Part shown: positions 62,299-64,000 of the stretch, piece by piece
Numbering within the stretch: the stretch's first letter is position 1
Layout: each line of letters starts with the position of its first letter
Assembly (NCBI GenBank): GCA_009914755.4
Contig: CP068257.2
Location: 38,048,001 to 38,112,000 of the forward strand
Origin: the human T2T-CHM13v2.0 reference genome, Homo sapiens
Reading direction: 5' to 3'
Length of the DNA: 64,000 nt
Notes under the pieces: model-generated
Databases searched by the model: none
Told to the model about the DNA's origin: nothing
What the model saw: only the letters and a program-made list of their open reading frames with translations
Program-made: the position numbers and the translations under genes

Positions 62299-64000
62299 TT
62301 AGAGATCAAGTTAAAGAATAATCCTTGGTAAATCTTGGCTGCGGGTGACTGATGGAAGTTTCAGAGGCTGGACTGGAAGATGAAACTGGGGCAAGATGTT
62401 ACACAGCATGGCCTCAGGAACCTGAGCTCCAGCAACCTGCGGGTCCCAATGGAGGCGAAGTCAAGGAGCGTCTCAGAGAGTGGTTGATGTGTGAAGTCTC
62501 TGTCTGCCCATCTGAATAACAAGAGATGGGGCTTGTGATTTTCCTCCACGGTATGTTGTCTGGTTCCTAATCCCCTCTCATTACTGTCAGTTTTAACTGT
62601 GTGTGGGTCTATGTGTGTTCACCTCTCATGGGCAGGGTGGCAGAACTCGCTAGGGTAGGAGGAGAGACCACGAAGTCAGACCTTGATTCCTGTGTGGACT
62701 TTGAAAGAGTTTTCTCCATGATTTAGCCTGTGGATTTCAGCATTTTGAAAAATTAACCAGAAATTCAGAAATTAGATGGAGACCTCTAGTGGAGGCCTGG
62801 GAGAAGAAAGATTGGAAGATTGGAGTCTACAAAGGCTGGGATAGTGGCATGTGGATGGGCTGCTTGGAGTGCGCAGAAGACACGCAGGCCTCTGTCTCAT
62901 GTCGGGGTCCACCAGGGCCTCTGGGTGCCGCATCCGGTGGTGTTAGCTGGCCTCTCTCCTCAGTCACCAGTGCTCAGGCAGTGGCTGTGGATGGAGGAGC
63001 CAAGATGGCAGGGCAGGGTGGAGGCGGTGCATGCCCCTCACCAAGGCTGATGTAGCTGCTGCCTCCACTGTGTCTGTCCTACGCTTCTAGCCCTGGGGGA
63101 CCAGCAAACACTTGATAGCAGGTTGATTACATCTGGCCCCTTCAATTGCAGCTGGAGGTGATTTTCCCTTACTGGAATTGACACCTGCTGCTAATACAGA
63201 TTTGCCTTTTCTGCCTGTTCTCCTGCCAGCACCCCTACCTGAGGGCCTCCAGGAGGAATGACATCTCAAACAGAAACCTGCATAACATCAGCCCAAACCA
63301 AGGACCCATTTTATCATCAAAGAGGTGTGCCATGAATGCATGACTGTGGGATCCACTGCTTTGACCACATATGGATGACTTGGAAGCTGCCAGCCTACAT
63401 GAACAATGGAAAGGCCATTGATGGCTCAGCAAAGTTGCCAGCTGAGGGCCAATGCTCCCCAGGGTTGGCCTCGAGGGTGGCCACAGTGCTGTAACAACAG
63501 CCAGTGTGGTGCTGAACCTGCAGCCTACCTATGATGCTTTGACACCAATTGTCAGGACACACGGGTCTGGAAACCAAATCTTGGAAGTAGGATTGGTTGC
63601 TTTCCGTGTAACTCCTAGTGACCCACTAGTAGAATTTTGCTTCCTATCCCTGAGAACTTATATTCCACAGGACTAGAGATCCTGGTTCCTGGGATGAAGC
63701 AGGGCAGCTTCTGCTGAGGTTCACAGTAAAGGTTCTGTTGAACCCAAATATGACTATCACTGGGTCCCTTTGGGCCCACTAGTGGACGAGCAGGCAAAGA
63801 AAGAAGTTACTCCACCATCAGGGGACAGATAATTCCAGCTCTCAATGGGGCTATGGTTGCTACCAGGGGACTGAAACACAGCTGAGACTGAGGAGATTGT
63901 CGGTGGCTTCTTCTGGTGCTTCCAAGTCTGGGGATAATGATGACTGGGCAGCCATCAGAGCCTGATAAACACAAGGCAACCAAGAGCTCAGACCCTGAGC

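Overview
This 64-kb window is primate (almost certainly human) nuclear DNA, not a prokaryotic or viral locus. I see no operons, CRISPR arrays, tRNA/rRNA genes or credible protein-coding genes.

Content by eye:
- At least 16 Alu SINEs, several still carrying poly-A tails and CpGs.
- MIR/L2 relics.
- About 10 ERVL-MaLR solo LTRs of THE1/MST/MLT type.
- Four LINE-1 blocks: two stacked L1M 3' ends with a nested L1P plus Alu insertion, an L1PA 3' end abutting an inverted L1PA 5'UTR, and a 2.8-kb L1P with decayed ORF2.
- MER5-like hAT DNA transposons.
- Many microsatellites: two ~350-bp complex TCTA/GATA arrays, (GA)29, (TA)25, (CCTT)n, (CCATTA)n, (AAAAT)n and compound (TG)(GA)(GACA).
- I estimate repeats cover more than half of the window.

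Every ORF in the supplied six-frame track that I checked traces to repeats: Alu ORFs, L1 ORF2 fragments, microsatellite translations and stop-depleted pyrimidine-rich strands.

The non-repeat DNA looks like gene desert or large intron. It contains several unique blocks that keep 2-4x more CpG than neighbouring unique DNA and carry TAAT/homeodomain-type motifs: 3590-3900, 8450-9650, 12300-13190, 22540-23900 and 62261-62298. I read these as candidate conserved non-coding regulatory elements.

One block, 8590-8698, ends in a textbook splice donor and may be an unannotated non-coding exon.

The most unusual structure is a 97-bp inverted repeat with 2 mismatches, arms 652 bp apart (38642-38738 and 39391-39487). 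It is far better preserved than any surrounding ancient repeat.

No alignments or database searches were possible. Coordinates are accurate to roughly +/-10-30 bp, and family names come from recognising consensus motifs by eye.
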